A stretch of 64,000 nucleotides of DNA from Dicyema japonicum (GCA_011109175.1 RDEW01000061.1:1-64000); one strand, 5' to 3'. Positions 36,381-49,460 are shown, counted from the stretch's first letter. Made by a program: numbers and translations. The notes: generated from the letters alone by a model not told the origin.

Positions 36381-39300
36381 TTTTTTTTTTTAAACAAAAA
36401 TTTATTAACAATAAAATATTATTTATTAACTATGGGGGAGAGCGGCTGCTGACATCACGGAGTAAGCGTTTCCGCGAATAACAGCGATACCAATTCTTTG
36501 CCTCAGCCAGACCGCTTCCCGCACGTCTTTCTTGCGGTGGGCCAATTTTCCCCCGATTTCCTTTAGGAAAGAGGCTGTAATACTTCCAGCCGCACCAGAC
36601 GTCTCGATTGCTATCGGTACAAAACGGTAGCGGTCTCCAATTTCGCCATATTTTTTAATCTTGATTTTTCGGCCAGATCGGCTGCCGATCCAGCAGACTG
36701 CGCCGAGCTGAGCATCATCGAGTTCGAGAAAGAATCCACAACAGTGCAGTCCCATACGAGCGATTTTCCCTCAGTGAACGGAAAGATAGTTAACCCATCC
36801 GGTCTTTTCCCATCTCCGCGGTCCAATCCCACAGGTTCCAATACTGCCGGGAAGCCTGCCGCTTCAAGAGCTCGCAAGACAATGTTGTTCATAGCAGCAT
36901 GGCGGGGTGCTCTGCCCGCACTCCTTTTGCACGAGAGCGGGTGCAGCCCTTTGGCATCGACGATCCCTCCACAGCGACATTGGTGTTCGACGCAAACATC
37001 AGCTCCCAGGCGTTGTGCGATTCCAATCCGAATACAGTCATCGTCCAATAGGGTCCCCAGGGAGGAAGACGGGAGTGCATCCAGCCACGCTCCGCTCCCA
37101 TGGTTGGCGGCGGACACGAGGCATGCAAGACGATGCTGGTTGGCCTCAGACTTTAGCACGTCGAAGATATTCTTGGAGTAAATATCATCCCAGTCACGTT
37201 GCCTCGAAGGATCGTTCGGCATATCCAAACCAGTTTCACACCATTCGCAACGAGCTTCGTCGAAGACTTTTTCCCAAGAGAGTCCGGTTGTAATACGTAG
37301 GATTTCTTGGACCAAAAGGCTTCCACTTGAGAGCGATGACACATATGCTGGATAGGCGATCTCCAGCGCCGACCTGAGACCCGTTCCTCCGAGGCGTGTA
37401 GGAAGCTTGCATTGGTTCCAACTCGGCGCATCAAACTGGATGTTTAGAAGTAATTCAGCTGATTTTCTCAATGTCCTATCCAGTGACAGGAGGATGTCAC
37501 GATGTTTGAAGCAGGGAGAACATCGGAGAGCATATAGGAGTTTGGGCAAGCCGATGCTATTCTTCAAAAGGAAGAACGCTGTATGACCATCGAGTAAGGA
37601 AAGTTTCTCCGTGACTCTGGAGAGTTCATCCTCTTTTGTTTGTAGATGGCTCCGCAGTTCCTTTTCGTCAAGTGGGCACCCAAGAAAGTATGTCCGCTCC
37701 CTGGGTACGACAGTAATTCCAGGTAATACCGAGTTGAAAGACTCGACCACGTTGATGAAATCACTCTCCGAGTATGTGATATTTATTAGCTCCGATTTCT
37801 TTATGTTTATCTCAAGTCCGAGGTTTCGTAGTGCTGGCACGGCATGTGACAGAACGTCGTGTACTTTTCTCCACGGCCCTCCAATTGTGGCGTCATCAAG
37901 ATACCAAAGGTTAAGTTGTGTGTTTATAGAGCGGACAATTTCATCGATGGCCAGAGCGAAGAGTAGTGGACCAAGTGGGTCTCCTTGTTGAACTCCGGTC
38001 TCCGAACAGATAATCTTGTCCCCGAAAACCAGTGAAGAATTTGTTCCGTAAGCGAGGAAGACAAGTGGAATAAGTTCCGGGGCTCGTTTGCTTGTAGTTT
38101 CGAAAATTTGATCCCTCCTCAATGAATTGAAGGCATTGCAGATGTCCAGCTTGACCCCAATGTGTGGGTTTTGTTCGTCATTCTGTCCAAAAAAACACCT
38201 CGCAGCATGCACTGCCGCCTCGCATCCGTTCCTTACACCAACCCCCAGTTGGAGGGGGAAAATTCTTCAGATATTCTCGGAGAGACAATGCTGCATGCAA
38301 TTTTCGCTGTCAATCTTCTGAAATAGTTGCCGACTGCGATGGGGCGGACCCCACCTTCAGGTTTTTTGAAGGCCAATAAATGTGCACTGAAAAGGAGCTC
38401 CCTTGCGTGGGGAGGAATATCTCCGTTCAAAATACGCATAACCAGTTTTGTAATTGATTTGACAAGGTTGCAGCCAGCTTCTGCAGTAGCCTCCGCCGTA
38501 AGATCTTTGATGTGACCCGGCCGCAAGCCATCGATGCCTCCACTGCTACTCGCCGCAAAGGACGAAATGCCGCGTCGCACTTCGCCTTCGGTGACGGTCA
38601 TCCTTGACAAATTTCCCGGAAGCACGAATGGGCGGTAATCTTCCGGAGCACATGGATGTTTATGTCTGAGTAGTTCTAGCACCTCAGGTGTCGCAGCCAT
38701 AACAGTTTCGTCGCTGGCGACGACGCGCAACGCCGCTCGGACGTCGCCTTCGAATAGTTTGCGGTTCACTCTCTCTTTAAGTTTTTCCGGGCCATTCAAA
38801 TAAACAGAAGGATTGGAATCAGAATGTCTTGATTTCTTGACTTCCGTCTTGGTGAGAGAATGCACATAGAAAACCTGGATGTTCTTCTTCATTTTTGAGG
38901 AAAGGGAGTTTCCAAGTGTCGTGCTTTCCTCTGAATTCCGTTGATCTCCCTTTGAGTCGATAAATGGAATTCCAAGGGCCATCGGAGCAAAACTGAGGAG
39001 TTTTAGCCAGGCCTCCAGGTCGTCGGAGTGAGAGCATTGTCAATTGCAGAGGCCAGACATGTAGCCGCGGGGATCCGGACGGGTCTTGGGATCCTGATTG
39101 GGATCTTCTGGCTTTCCTTAGATCCGACAAGAAGAGCAAGAGGTTGTCCATATTATTGAAGTCTAGAGGCTCGTTTGGTTCAGCGTGCTCGTTTGGAATG
39201 ATCCTCTGGGTTTTCCGACCAGTTCCCATGCAGACACTGCAGTTCCAAGAGCACGCAGCCCGCTGAGACATCTTTATGCATCCAAGGTGGAAAAAGTCAC

Positions 39301-39440
39301 GGCAAGACGAGCAGAAAAGTCCATATTTGCGTGCATTGGCAAAACCGCATGTAGAGCATGTAGTGTCCAGTCTCTCGGGTGTAATGTGTGTTGATCCATT
39401 GTATGAACGACGCTCCATGATGATACAATTATTCACAACC
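36381..39440 (-). mobile_element. essentially full-length CRE-clade non-LTR retrotransposon (PHD + RT + REL), ~3.05 kb, 3-4 frameshifts
   Basis: ATG at 39418; PHD finger; GGIDGLRP, KKPEGGVRPIAVG, KLDICNAFNS, GVQQGDPLGPLLF, WYLDD; CRCG...H.LSC, RHAAMN, KRPDG, WDCTV, FVPIAIETSG, QRIGIAVIRGN; poly(A) as the T-run at 36381-36391. Confidence 0.92.
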
Positions 39441-39689
39441 TTTTTAAAATTAAAAAAAATGCATTTTATTAATTTATAAAAAAAATTCAAATTTGCCTCT
39501 CGAATTCGCCGTAATTTCCCAGGTCCCAAATTTGGCGAATTCGAGAGGTTTTACTGTATATAACAACTCTAAGGTGATTATCATATAGTCGAAGAGCAAC
39601 AACCGCTAAGTATATTGCTTTTTCTAGTGCGGGATAAAATTCACAGAAGAATAATACTTTATGATCTTGTAAGAATCAATGCCTTCTTA

Positions 39690-40110
39690 TCGGAAGCATC
39701 GGGACCTCCTTGATGAACGATACTGCCCATCGGTATTTCCTTCAGACTTGGGCTGGAGATTTGCCAGATCCCTAGGTACCTTTTTTGCCAAAGAAGCACA
39801 GGACGATTCCCAATGCATAAAGCGATAAAAGGAATTGTGAAACGAGCTCTAGAGTTTGCTGGATACCCTTACATACTGGGATCAGTCGGCCTGAACAGAG
39901 TAGATGGAAAACGGCTGGACTGAATTATAATCTTTCCATTCCATTGGTATGCGATGTTACATGCATCGACTCCCTTTGTCCATCCCATTTTGTCAGGACA
40001 CGGTAGACACGCTGCATGCCGTGGAAAGAGCTATAAAGATAAGGAAAAAATACGAAGTGTTGTTTGACCGGTTCACCTACGAAAATCGGAAATCGCTTCG
40101 TTTCCTCAAA
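39690..40110 (+). mobile_element. degenerate CRE REL-domain fragment
   Basis: GRFPMHKAIKGIVKRALEFAGYP...VGLNRVDGKRLD parallels the intact CRE C-terminus. Confidence 0.7.
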
Positions 40111-40306
40111 GACTTGCTACACTCAAAAGCTACGACGAACGTCAGACTTATTGAATTCTCCAGTTGATCTCCGTTGTAATTGTGAGAGGCAACGCAACGT
40201 CGATTATGTCTTAGCGGCAACATCGATCTGGTCGGTCAATTACAACCCAAGAAATGACCGCAACGTCATTCTTTTGAAGATTAAGAGAAACTTCGACTGA
40301 GGGAAT

Positions 40307-40562
40307 TTCCATGCCACTTCAACTACAAGCCGACTGTAAACTTCACTGTTCATTTACTGGCAGTCTACTGCAGAACCTTTACCAGGATGGTTTTCATAGT
40401 AGAAATCTTTACCAGTAGACTTAGTCAGGAGAAGGTAAGAAGATCTCTATCAAGGATTCGTCATTCCACGGGTGGAATCTATTTGACAAAAATTTACCTT
40501 CGTTGAAAAGTCCATTTTTCGGATTCGAACCCACTTCAGTCAGATCCGATGTCATCAGATAT
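40307..40562 (-). repeat. SINE-like family C copy with perfect B-box
   Basis: GGTTCGAATCC on the minus strand at 40521-40531; homologous to 4570-4850. Confidence 0.6.
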
Positions 40563-40716
40563 ATTTATTTATTAACCCCGGATACACCGAGAAAGAAGTT
40601 AAAGTAAACAAGTAATTAAGTGTATCCAGTTTCCACTTCTACAGAAACAGAGTCCATCCGGAATCAGCATAAAGGTAAAAGACGTCCATAGTTGCAGTTG
40701 TGGAAACCCCTCCAGT
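40563..40716 (-). mobile_element. 5'-truncated SINE-like family B copy
   Basis: Reverse complement of 15945-16090, with a GGGGTTAATAAATAAAT tail. Confidence 0.8.
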
Positions 40717-40897
40717 AAAAAACCCCTCCACCACATTTCCGTCTTTCCTATCACAATGTCATCAGATGTTGCATTCAATCAGAAGAACTAATTAAAAATA
40801 ATATTTACTTATTGTAAAATAATAATTTCTTTGACAATAAAAAAATAAATAAATTTAAGAATATATAATTAACGAATATTTAATCATATTAATCTTA

Positions 40898-41905
40898 ATG
40901 AGCATTGCTGGAAAAGAGTAAATGATTAATACCTTAAAAGTCCTTTTAGTTATTATTTCGGGAAAATAACGCGTCAAAGAGCCATTTCTTTGTTAAGTAA
41001 AGAAAATACAGGGTGTTTTTTAATCCGTGACAGTAACTCACTGCCAGGAGCTTATGTTCTAAGTGTAAAGTTTTTATTTTTTGTTAATTTTAGTGAAAAC
41101 AAAAAAATGACTCACTATGACATCAAATTATGCAAAACTGAACACCGTACTGTCTATCTCATCGCTGGAAATAATGAATTTTCTTCTATAGATGAACTCA
41201 TCGATTATTACAAAAATAATATTCTTACTAATTCCATATTAACTCATCCAGTAATTTTTATCAAAAAAATAGATTGCTAAAGAGTCTCATAATCTATGTC
41301 AAATTGAAAGTCCGGGATTAAATAGCAGCAATGAGGTGAATATTAATAATATTTTAGAGTATTGGAGATCCCGCGATAGCAAAATTCACATATATTGCAC
41401 AGGTATTTATTTTAATAATTTAAGAATTTGAACGAATTGTCTTTTTCAAAAAATGATCCCTTAACTATACTTCGCTATATTGATAATAATTTTTGTTTTG
41501 GAAAAAACTCTTCAAACAATTCGGGGCTCATACCAATTAACTATGTTGAAATAGATCAATCATTTATTGATAAAAATCATGAAATAGAATCAGTTTAAAA
41601 TTTCATATGTTATTTCTAGAACAGAGAATTACGACAAGACAGAAATTCGTTCTCATCTGAAAACCAAAAAAATTTATCCTCACTCTCTAGGCCCCTTCCA
41701 GCTATGTCAATAGCTATTAAAAACAGAAATCCGAACGCATACGATAAAGAAGCTCTGAAATTTTGTGTATTTAGAATAATTTCAAACTTTTTAGCTTGGA
41801 GATCAAATTAAGGTTCTCTCTATTTCTAAAAATGGTCAATATGTTGGAGAACTCAATGGCAGAACAGGAACTTTTCCATTTACACACATCAAATTTATTG
41901 ATTAG
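40898..41905 (+). CDS. CRK: Crk/CrkL (CED-2) SH2-SH3-SH3 adaptor
   Basis: SH2 YYFGKITRQRA..LL......FLIRDSNSLPGAYVLSV; nSH3 AKFTY...ELSFSKND...GLIPINYVE; cSH3 RNPNAYDKEALK/LGDQIKV...NGQYVGELNGRTGTFPFTHIKF*. Micro-introns present. Confidence 0.92.
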
Positions 41906-42728
41906 TAATATACTAATACATTGTTTATTACTATTAAGAACGTTCGAGAATTAATAAATACTTATTATTAACTTTAGTTTTGTTTGATAACAACAATTAA
42001 TTGTAGCCGACTTATCTAGATTCGTTTCAAATCCCACAACTCTGCAAATAACTTCATCGTGACTATAAAAGTTTCATAATCAAAGCTCTATAATCTAATA
42101 TTTACTATTCATCGTAAATATCCAATCAAAACTTTTGGATACTCATAGCTTAGAAAACGACTTAAAGGATCAATAACAAACGCCAATTGCATAGGAGAAA
42201 AACCTCTAAATCCGGATATCACCAATATTTTTAGTGTTTAACTTTTTAATGTAGAATAAGCAATTTTACAATTTTACCATCTATTACATCCATATTGCAT
42301 CGTGTTCAGAACCATTTACTTTATTTAGAGACATATTGAACGGGAATAGTTTTTGATATATCTTCATTATATTTATTTGTTTCACAAAGAGATGACGAAA
42401 TGTTTCTATATAATTTGATAATTTCGCATTAATAAACTTTGTCATAAGTTTATTGAATGAAGGCATGCACATAGTAAATCTTTTATGACTTTTTGCTTTA
42501 CATTTTTGAACCAAATACGTGATATATGTTAAGAACTAGTTTATAGTTGAAATGGATTCCATTGGACAAACATAAGCATTTTTGTGAATCCGCTGATATT
42601 CTAATTTAGCAAATATTTAATTGCTTTTTCAAATCAAATAACACATCTTCAAAACATAAATAACGTGGCGTCATGTATTCGAGCAGTTGAGAAAGTTCTG
42701 GAGTATTGTGAAAGTTGGAGTATGTTTA

Positions 42729-44290
42729 TTAATTTTTCACTGTGTCAAAGGCTCTTGATTGGCCAATTCCGAGGATTTGTATTTCCTTCATGTATCTTTG
42801 TGTCATAGCGCATCTCCATCGATGAGCAATGTCTGAAGTGGGTCTCCTGCTCCTGAAATCGCTTTTATTAGCAAATAAGTATTCTTTCACCATTGGACTA
42901 ATTCTTTTAAGCACAACATTTGAAAAAAATCTTCTTTATTTAATTCAGTAGTGTGATTGGCGGAGGTTTTCGACAGGGCCTAATTTTCCCTGGTTTTTGT
43001 ACTGGGATTGAAGACCTTCTCCCAGTGATAAATGTATATGCGTTTCAAAAATTTTGTTATATATATCGACAATTTTTGTGTCAAAAATTCGGAAGCATTT
43101 TTATGAATTATCTATTTATTCCATCTATCCCTGTCCCAGTGTTATTTTTAGCTTTTTGATAGCGTTCAGAACCTCTTCGCATGTAATTGGGTCATTTAGA
43201 AGCCTGGGGTTGCCAGTAAATTGTTTAATTTTGTGGTCCTTTATGTAGAATTGGTTTTTGAAGTGAGAAGCAATTACATTAACACTTTTTTTTAAGTTTG
43301 TTATGTATTTTCTTTTTCGGTCAGTTATTTTAATTTTTCTAGATATACTTGATTTATTCAGAATTCTGATTTTTGAACCATGGTTTAATTTTCCTAGTTC
43401 CAAGGCAATTTATTGAGATTCAATTCTTTAAGTTCTTTCACTCATTTCTTTATATTCTTCTGTATTTCCCTTCTCTTCTTTAACTCTTCTTTTTTTAAAG
43501 TTGCATTTAGCGTTTTCGTTTCTGTGTCATAAGTTCCTTTGTAATTGACAACTCTTGAATTTTCTTATCATATAGAATGTTGGTTTTGGGCCTTGTTGAG
43601 ACGGCCTTTAATAAACTCGAGGGTGCACATTTAATTCGGCCGGCAATTCTGTTCCAACTTTGGTCGGGTTGACAGGTTTCAAGTAATCTCGAGATATATT
43701 GTTTATCCTTTCCACAAATCTTTTCCGAATATCAGCATTTGTGCTCAATGATTCAACCGAGATCCATTACGACATATTCCAACTTTTGAGTTCAAATTCC
43801 CAGCAATAAAAACATAAGGGAATGGATAGTCGACGGCACAGTGTAGAATAAGTCAATTTAATCTGGATTTTTCGCAGTTATACAAATTTTGGGAGTATAA
43901 AAATTTATTATAATTGCTAATTTACTGCTAATCCATATCTGGATTATGCAAATCCTGTAATTGATTCTCCAATACTTTTCTATTTTAATACTTTGATGCA
44001 ACACAAAACCCATTCCATAGTGCATACAGTCCGGTCCCAGAAACAGAAATATGTATTCCCAATACTTTTCAGGACGACTAGGTTCGAGTTGGAGTCTCAC
44101 TTCGTCTTAGATTAAAGATTTGTGTGTCACAACAGTACCGATGTGGTAAGAGAAGACTCCTGACAGGGCCCCTAGGCATAAAGCCTAAAGCAAAGTCTTT
44201 AGACGGGCTTCGGATGCTGCTAGTTTCCCTATGTACTCGATCACCGTTTGTGGGTGAGAAACCCTTTGTTTTTGGTATCACGTGTGCAGA
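42729..44290 (-). mobile_element. degenerate RTE LINE 5' half
   Basis: GMGFVL...WRINYRI (EN); KSDFRSRRPTSD and ILGIGQSRAFDTV (RT). Confidence 0.72.
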
Positions 44291-46139
44291 AACTTTGCTT
44301 CAAATAACCTTCCTCAGAGTACTGCAATATTTTTTCAGCCACAGGAAAAGTCGAAATGTTGGAGTGTCAAAAGTATGCTAACCCTTAAATGATGTGACTC
44401 TTGTTCTCGTTGTGGAGACCTCTGAAGCCTTCGATATTCGTCCTACGTTTTTTTAGAAGACTCAGAAATATTATCTCAGTTCGTTTAGGGGATCTTCGTG
44501 ATTTGATTGGCTACAAATGGTTCAAAATATTTTGATAGTTTGTGGAATCAGCTCATCAGCACTTTATGGAAAGGAAATACAAACTATAAGGTAACTACCA
44601 TACTACCATAGCTAAAAATTGAGTGATCTTGGTAGATACAACAGAGTTGATAATTTAACAAATTTAAGACATGAACTAGGAAATGGTAACAACGATGCAA
44701 TGAAAAGTGTCTGAGTCAAACCGCTACTAGCGGAGAAAATGGGTACCCTCAGTCACTTAGAGTAAAGGAAACAGGTGGCTAACATAAAGTCACGCCCAAG
44801 AGCAGTGATACGTCAGGTATATTCGGTGTTGTGTAGAACTCGGAGGCTAACAAGAGAAGAGGTGGTCCGTATTCTGGTCACCAAGAAGGCATGATGGGCG
44901 AAGGGAAATGACAATTGTCTAATTCTGTTCAGATAGGAACATAGATCCATTTGGTGACCACAACGGAGGAGCACTATGAGATTGACGAAGTCATATTATA
45001 TTTAGAAAAAAACTAAAAAGTATATTAACTTACAAAAATGAAAATTGTAATTAGAAAACATCTGTTTCCAATTTCCACTGCCAGTAGACTCGATGAGATG
45101 AGCGGAGATTCATCCCTTAATTTCATGGTGATAAAACTGAAAAATTGATAATTCTAAAAAAATTATCAACTAAAATTGAGTAGCGTTGAAAAAATGGATG
45201 AACTGTAAAAATCGAGGATATTTAAGATTTTAAATATCATCAAATATTAAGATTTTTTGAGTTCCTCAGTTCCCTCTTTTTAATAACATTATCCAGAGTA
45301 CATTGACCTAGAACAGTACATATGCATATTAGATATACTTTATTTTCCACATATTCCTTCTCACAAATAACTACAAATATACTAAAATACTACTTAGCAA
45401 AAAGATGACTTTATTCTGGCTTCATTCATTCGATTACTGATTTCCTCGAAATTACAAACCAAATCGCAACTGAAACTAGATTGTCTGGCCAACGATCTAA
45501 TGGTGACTAATGGCCAACGAACGATCTAATGATGAATAACAAAAGGCTTGACTTGTTCATTTCCTCTATGAAATTGATCAAAAAGATTTACATGACGCAA
45601 TTTAAACCGAATTTTTCTGGCAAATCAAAGTAGACTTCAATCTTAACGTATTTGTACAAACTGTTATTCCCAAACTTCGCGTTCAGTTCTATTTCTATCT
45701 AAAGTCACTAAAATGTCATTTACTCTGTGGTAATTGAGTCCATCCACAAATATAAACTAAGTTTCACAAAAAATACTCATGCTTAGAGAATCTTTCATTT
45801 TCCACAAAATCTTACTAAGAGAACTTCAACGATAAAGTTCCACTCCTCTGTGTTTTCTGAACCAACAGGCACTTGGGAAGTTATCTTGGAGTTGACTTTA
45901 ACAGAAACGTCGAATAAATCAACTCATAATTTAAGGATCTCCAGAATCTCATTTTCAATCTAAATTAAGCGGAACCGTACATTCTTTTTCAAGCAAAAGA
46001 TCTTAGCGTCGACCAATTATGTCAAATCGTTGGGGAAGGACATATCAGAGTGCATGCACTTTTATACATGCAGTTTTCAAAAATCTATCAACTTTAAGGG
46101 AACCCTGGTAGGCTTTATCTCCTCAAAATAAAAGATATA

Positions 46140-46407
46140 GTAGTCGAGTACCAACCAATTAAACTGCTTCGAAGCAGGCCGAGGAACGAAAGAGGAGGAA
46201 GTACCAGAGAATTTCGGAGGAGTATATATTTGTTCCATTCGCGGTGGAAACGTCAGGAATCCTTGGCCCCAAGCAGATGAGTTGGTTCGTAAGATCGGCT
46301 CCATGATTCAAGCTGTGACCAAGGATCCGCGAGAGACTGGTTGGTTCCGAGAACGTATCTCGTTGGCTATTGTTAGGGGAAATAGCATGGCCATTCAGAT
46401 GCCTTAA
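46140..46407 (+). mobile_element. CRE-clade 3' fragment
   Basis: AEERKRRKY...FVPFAVETSG...WFRERISLAIVRGNS...*. Confidence 0.8.
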
Positions 46408-46522
46408 TTTAATTTTTATTCATTTGATAATTTTGAATTAGTTCAAAAAAAAAATTAAACAGGTAGTTAGTGTCCTTGAAATAAAATCTTCCATCGTCGT
46501 TGTCACGAAACGAAAAAAGCTT

Positions 46523-46557
46523 AATCAAGTCTCATAATTGCATGAGGAAGAGCATAT
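46523..46557 (-). repeat. 35-bp exact inverted copy of actin coding sequence 53560-53594
   Basis: ATATGCTCTTCCTCATGCAATTATGAGACTTGATT is identical in both places. Confidence 0.9.
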
Positions 46558-46599
46558 AAGGCTTCGTACTCTTCAGTTTGTACAATCCATTTTCCAGTG

Positions 46600-47676
46600 T
46601 TGAAGATCATAAAAAGAAGAACTGATGATATTCAGATACTTACTTTTTGAGTATACATCCTACAAAACGTTAAAATATAGAATACTTCCAAGAAATTACA
46701 CAAATACAACCAAATCCTAGATCCGTTAATGTTCAGAGAAATATTGTTATCTTTCCCAACAATGAACAGTTCTTGCTTCTAAAAATGACTGGAAATTGAT
46801 AACATGATCAATGTGAAAAAATCCCAGATTAAAGTATAAATCTCTTTTCAGTTGCCAGATTTTAGCCTCTTTGGCATCCTTGAAGACGAAACCGGACACT
46901 CTCCTGAAGACTTGGAGGTTTTCGTATTGAAGATCAACCACAATTCCGTCTTTCCTATCACAAATAGAAGATAAATTACATAATTTAAATTTTCATATTT
47001 CCGAGGTGTTTCTGACTGTCTTTGAGGACGCAAAGTTGCAGATCTTACTGCTTCTATGCTCGGGTAGTCAACATCAAAATTGAATATTTTGCTCGTCAGA
47101 ACGTTGTCTGATTTTACTTTTAAATCAAATATTTTCCTGAAATAAGAAATTCAGAAACTACAAATTTTGACAAAATCACACGAACGGGGATATCAGAAAC
47201 TTCAAATGGATGACTACGCCCTAACATTTCCAACATTTCAATATCCACGTTTTCTATGTCAGAATCGGTAATTCTCGAACTATAAAAATTAAAATTACGT
47301 GAAATCATCATCAATGACAAAATCACAGCAGAAATAATTTTTCTCGGCTGTTATATTTCCAAGAAAGCACCATGCCGAATCTCAAACAGTCCACCAAAAA
47401 TGAAACCGCACGAATTAGTCACGCGGCAATTTGTGTTTCGATTTTCCAAATTAAATTTAAACCCGAATTGTCGACTTTATCTGTCGAATTTTCCGCAAAG
47501 TAGACTTCACTAGATTTTGAGCAAAACGGCAACTCTTTTTTCTTAAGAGAATGACCTTCGCACAATCCCAAGACTTTTCGAAAGTATTCTATGAACAACT
47601 TTATTTTCTCAACATTAACCTTCTTATCCATGCCATATTGGTCAATTCGAATTTTTTTGATGTAAATTTTATGCAA
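46600..47676 (-). pseudogene. possible multi-exon hypothetical gene or remnant, product unknown
   Basis: Open stretches separated by plausible micro-introns (GTAATTTTAATTTTTATAG; GTAATTTATCTTCTATTTGTGATAG). Frames do not all join and no motif is recognised. Confidence 0.25.
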
Positions 47677-47679
47677 CTA

Positions 47680-48560
47680 ATTCACCACTTTCACGAGGGT
47701 ACTAGGAAACGTGGAGGAGGACTTCTCACATTAATCAAGAAGGGCCTGAAATATAAAGATAATTCACCAGAAATAAGGAACTCTCGAGAAATGACGAAAT
47801 AACTGATATTATCGGGATATATGTGGGAAAAAATTGTTCTTAGTGAATGTACTTTCTCCTTTCTCATACCCAAAAAATAATCAATGGTTGACTTGTCAGT
47901 TTTTATGAGTTTAAATGTTGTTTTGATTTGTGGGGATCTTAACGACAAGCATCCCCTCTGGCTGAAAGAATACAACATTTCCAGGCAGCCATGGAGAGAG
48001 TACATCATTTCCTAAACTGTTTACATGTGGCTAAACGAAAACCGACTGACAATCAGCCCTAGTAAATCCGTTACATCCCTATTCATCTCGGACAAAAAAA
48101 TGTCAAACAAGTCAATTGAAATTGAAGCGGATTGGAAAACATTGCTATTTAAGAAATGGAAAAAATCGTGTGAATGGTCTATATATAAATACGCATATGT
48201 GTTTCTCGCGGCATGTTGGTAATGCACTAAAAATGTGAGAAAAAAATCAACCTGCATTTCCTATGCATGTGCCTCATGGGTACCCCACATCTCTTGGACT
48301 AATGCTCAGATAATCATGGCTAAACAAAAAAGAATTTCGCCATGGTCTACGGACAAAAAGAACATGATACCGATACCCTTGGAGATCCTAATCGGAAGGA
48401 ATTACGGAGGAGGCCTGATCCAACTTGATCAGGAGAAAACCCGACCCCAACGAGATTGTGTAGGATCGCGGGAGGACCATCGAGCCAAGCTGAGAGCCTG
48501 GATTAAATTTTTCGTGTTCACTTAGTTTTTTTCGGTTTAACGGTGGTCTTGGAATAAATT
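47680..48560 (+). mobile_element. internally deleted Vingi (J2): partial EN fused to the RT C-terminus and 3' UTR
   Basis: RGGGLLTLIK and ICGDLNDKHPLW are followed within ~60 nt by WLNENRLTISPSKS; 3' end homologous to 8521-8945. Confidence 0.75.
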
Positions 48561-48599
48561 TAATTTTATTACCTCCGGAATCAAAAGAAAGTGGACAAA

Positions 48600-49460
48600 A
48601 GTTATCATCTAATTTAAATGATTCCGTTGTCCATACCAGTCTTTTTTTTGCGGTTAGTTTTAGAGTCCTTGATTAATCTCCATAAAGTGGAAGGTTTCTT
48701 CTCGTATCATGGGCAAGTGTCCATATATATTTTGATATCGGGCCCGATGGTTAGAAGACTGTGTCATCTTGAGTAAGTCCCAGTGGTGTTCCGTAAGGAA
48801 TTTATGATTGGAGGGACGTCTCCTTAATAACGACATGGACATCTTTTTCGGCCATTTCAATAATATTCTGGACATCTGTTGATAGGGTTTTAATGAGGAT
48901 CGGGGAATCATGCAATTTTATTTCTGGCGTTGCCAATATTTTTTTTCGTGATGAGGTAAACGTCGTTACATGTGACTTTCCTGGTGATATATTTAGACGG
49001 TTCTTCAAAAACCAAAGACCCATCAGGTTTAATATCTCTTGCACAGACCATGTCGACTCCTCGACACTTCGATGTTTCACTGCAATCACGAGATCATCCG
49101 CATACGATAAAAGAATTGAATTTTTGGTGGTTAAGGATGGGAGGTCACTGAGGAACATATTGAATGGCATTGGTGATAACGGCGATCCTTGTGACACTAT
49201 TTGGAAGGTATCGCGGTTTAGATTTTTAGTTGTTTGCCACAACTTGGCCCATTCGACCGTTGATGAAATTAGCCTACCATGACTTGAATTTAGGGTGCAT
49301 CGACACATAAAAATTTTTGCCGTAAGGATCTTCTGGGATACTGAGTCAAAATCTTTCTCTACATCCACGGAGACCAGAACGGTTCTCTCGTATGGATTTG
49401 GAGTATTCAATGAATTGTCCATAGTTGCGGGATAGGGAATTTGCGACTCTTCCAACACTT
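48600..49460 (-). mobile_element. Vingi-like RT fragment
   Basis: VSVDVEKDFDSV, SQGSPLSP..FN.FLSDLP, LSYADDL, WFLKNRLNISPGKS. Confidence 0.85.

Larger units (their letters stand above)
34676..39556 (+). mobile_element. Tigger/pogo DNA transposon interrupted by a CRE retroelement
   Basis: TIRs CAGTAAAACCTCTCGAAT(C/T)CGCC (34676 and ending 39556), TA TSDs (34674-34675, 39557-39558), and subterminal repeats of CTCGAAT.CGCC. Confidence 0.92.

Noticed and set aside
36744-38515. Multiple plus-strand ORFs of 60-145 aa
   Set aside because: Antisense shadows of the GC-richer CRE RT/REL ORF; no motifs. The same applies to plus-strand ORFs over the RTE and Vingi copies.
46560-46630. TBP-like motif LLFMIFNTGKWIV
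   Set aside because: Too short, no other TBP features, and it runs straight into the actin micro-copy.
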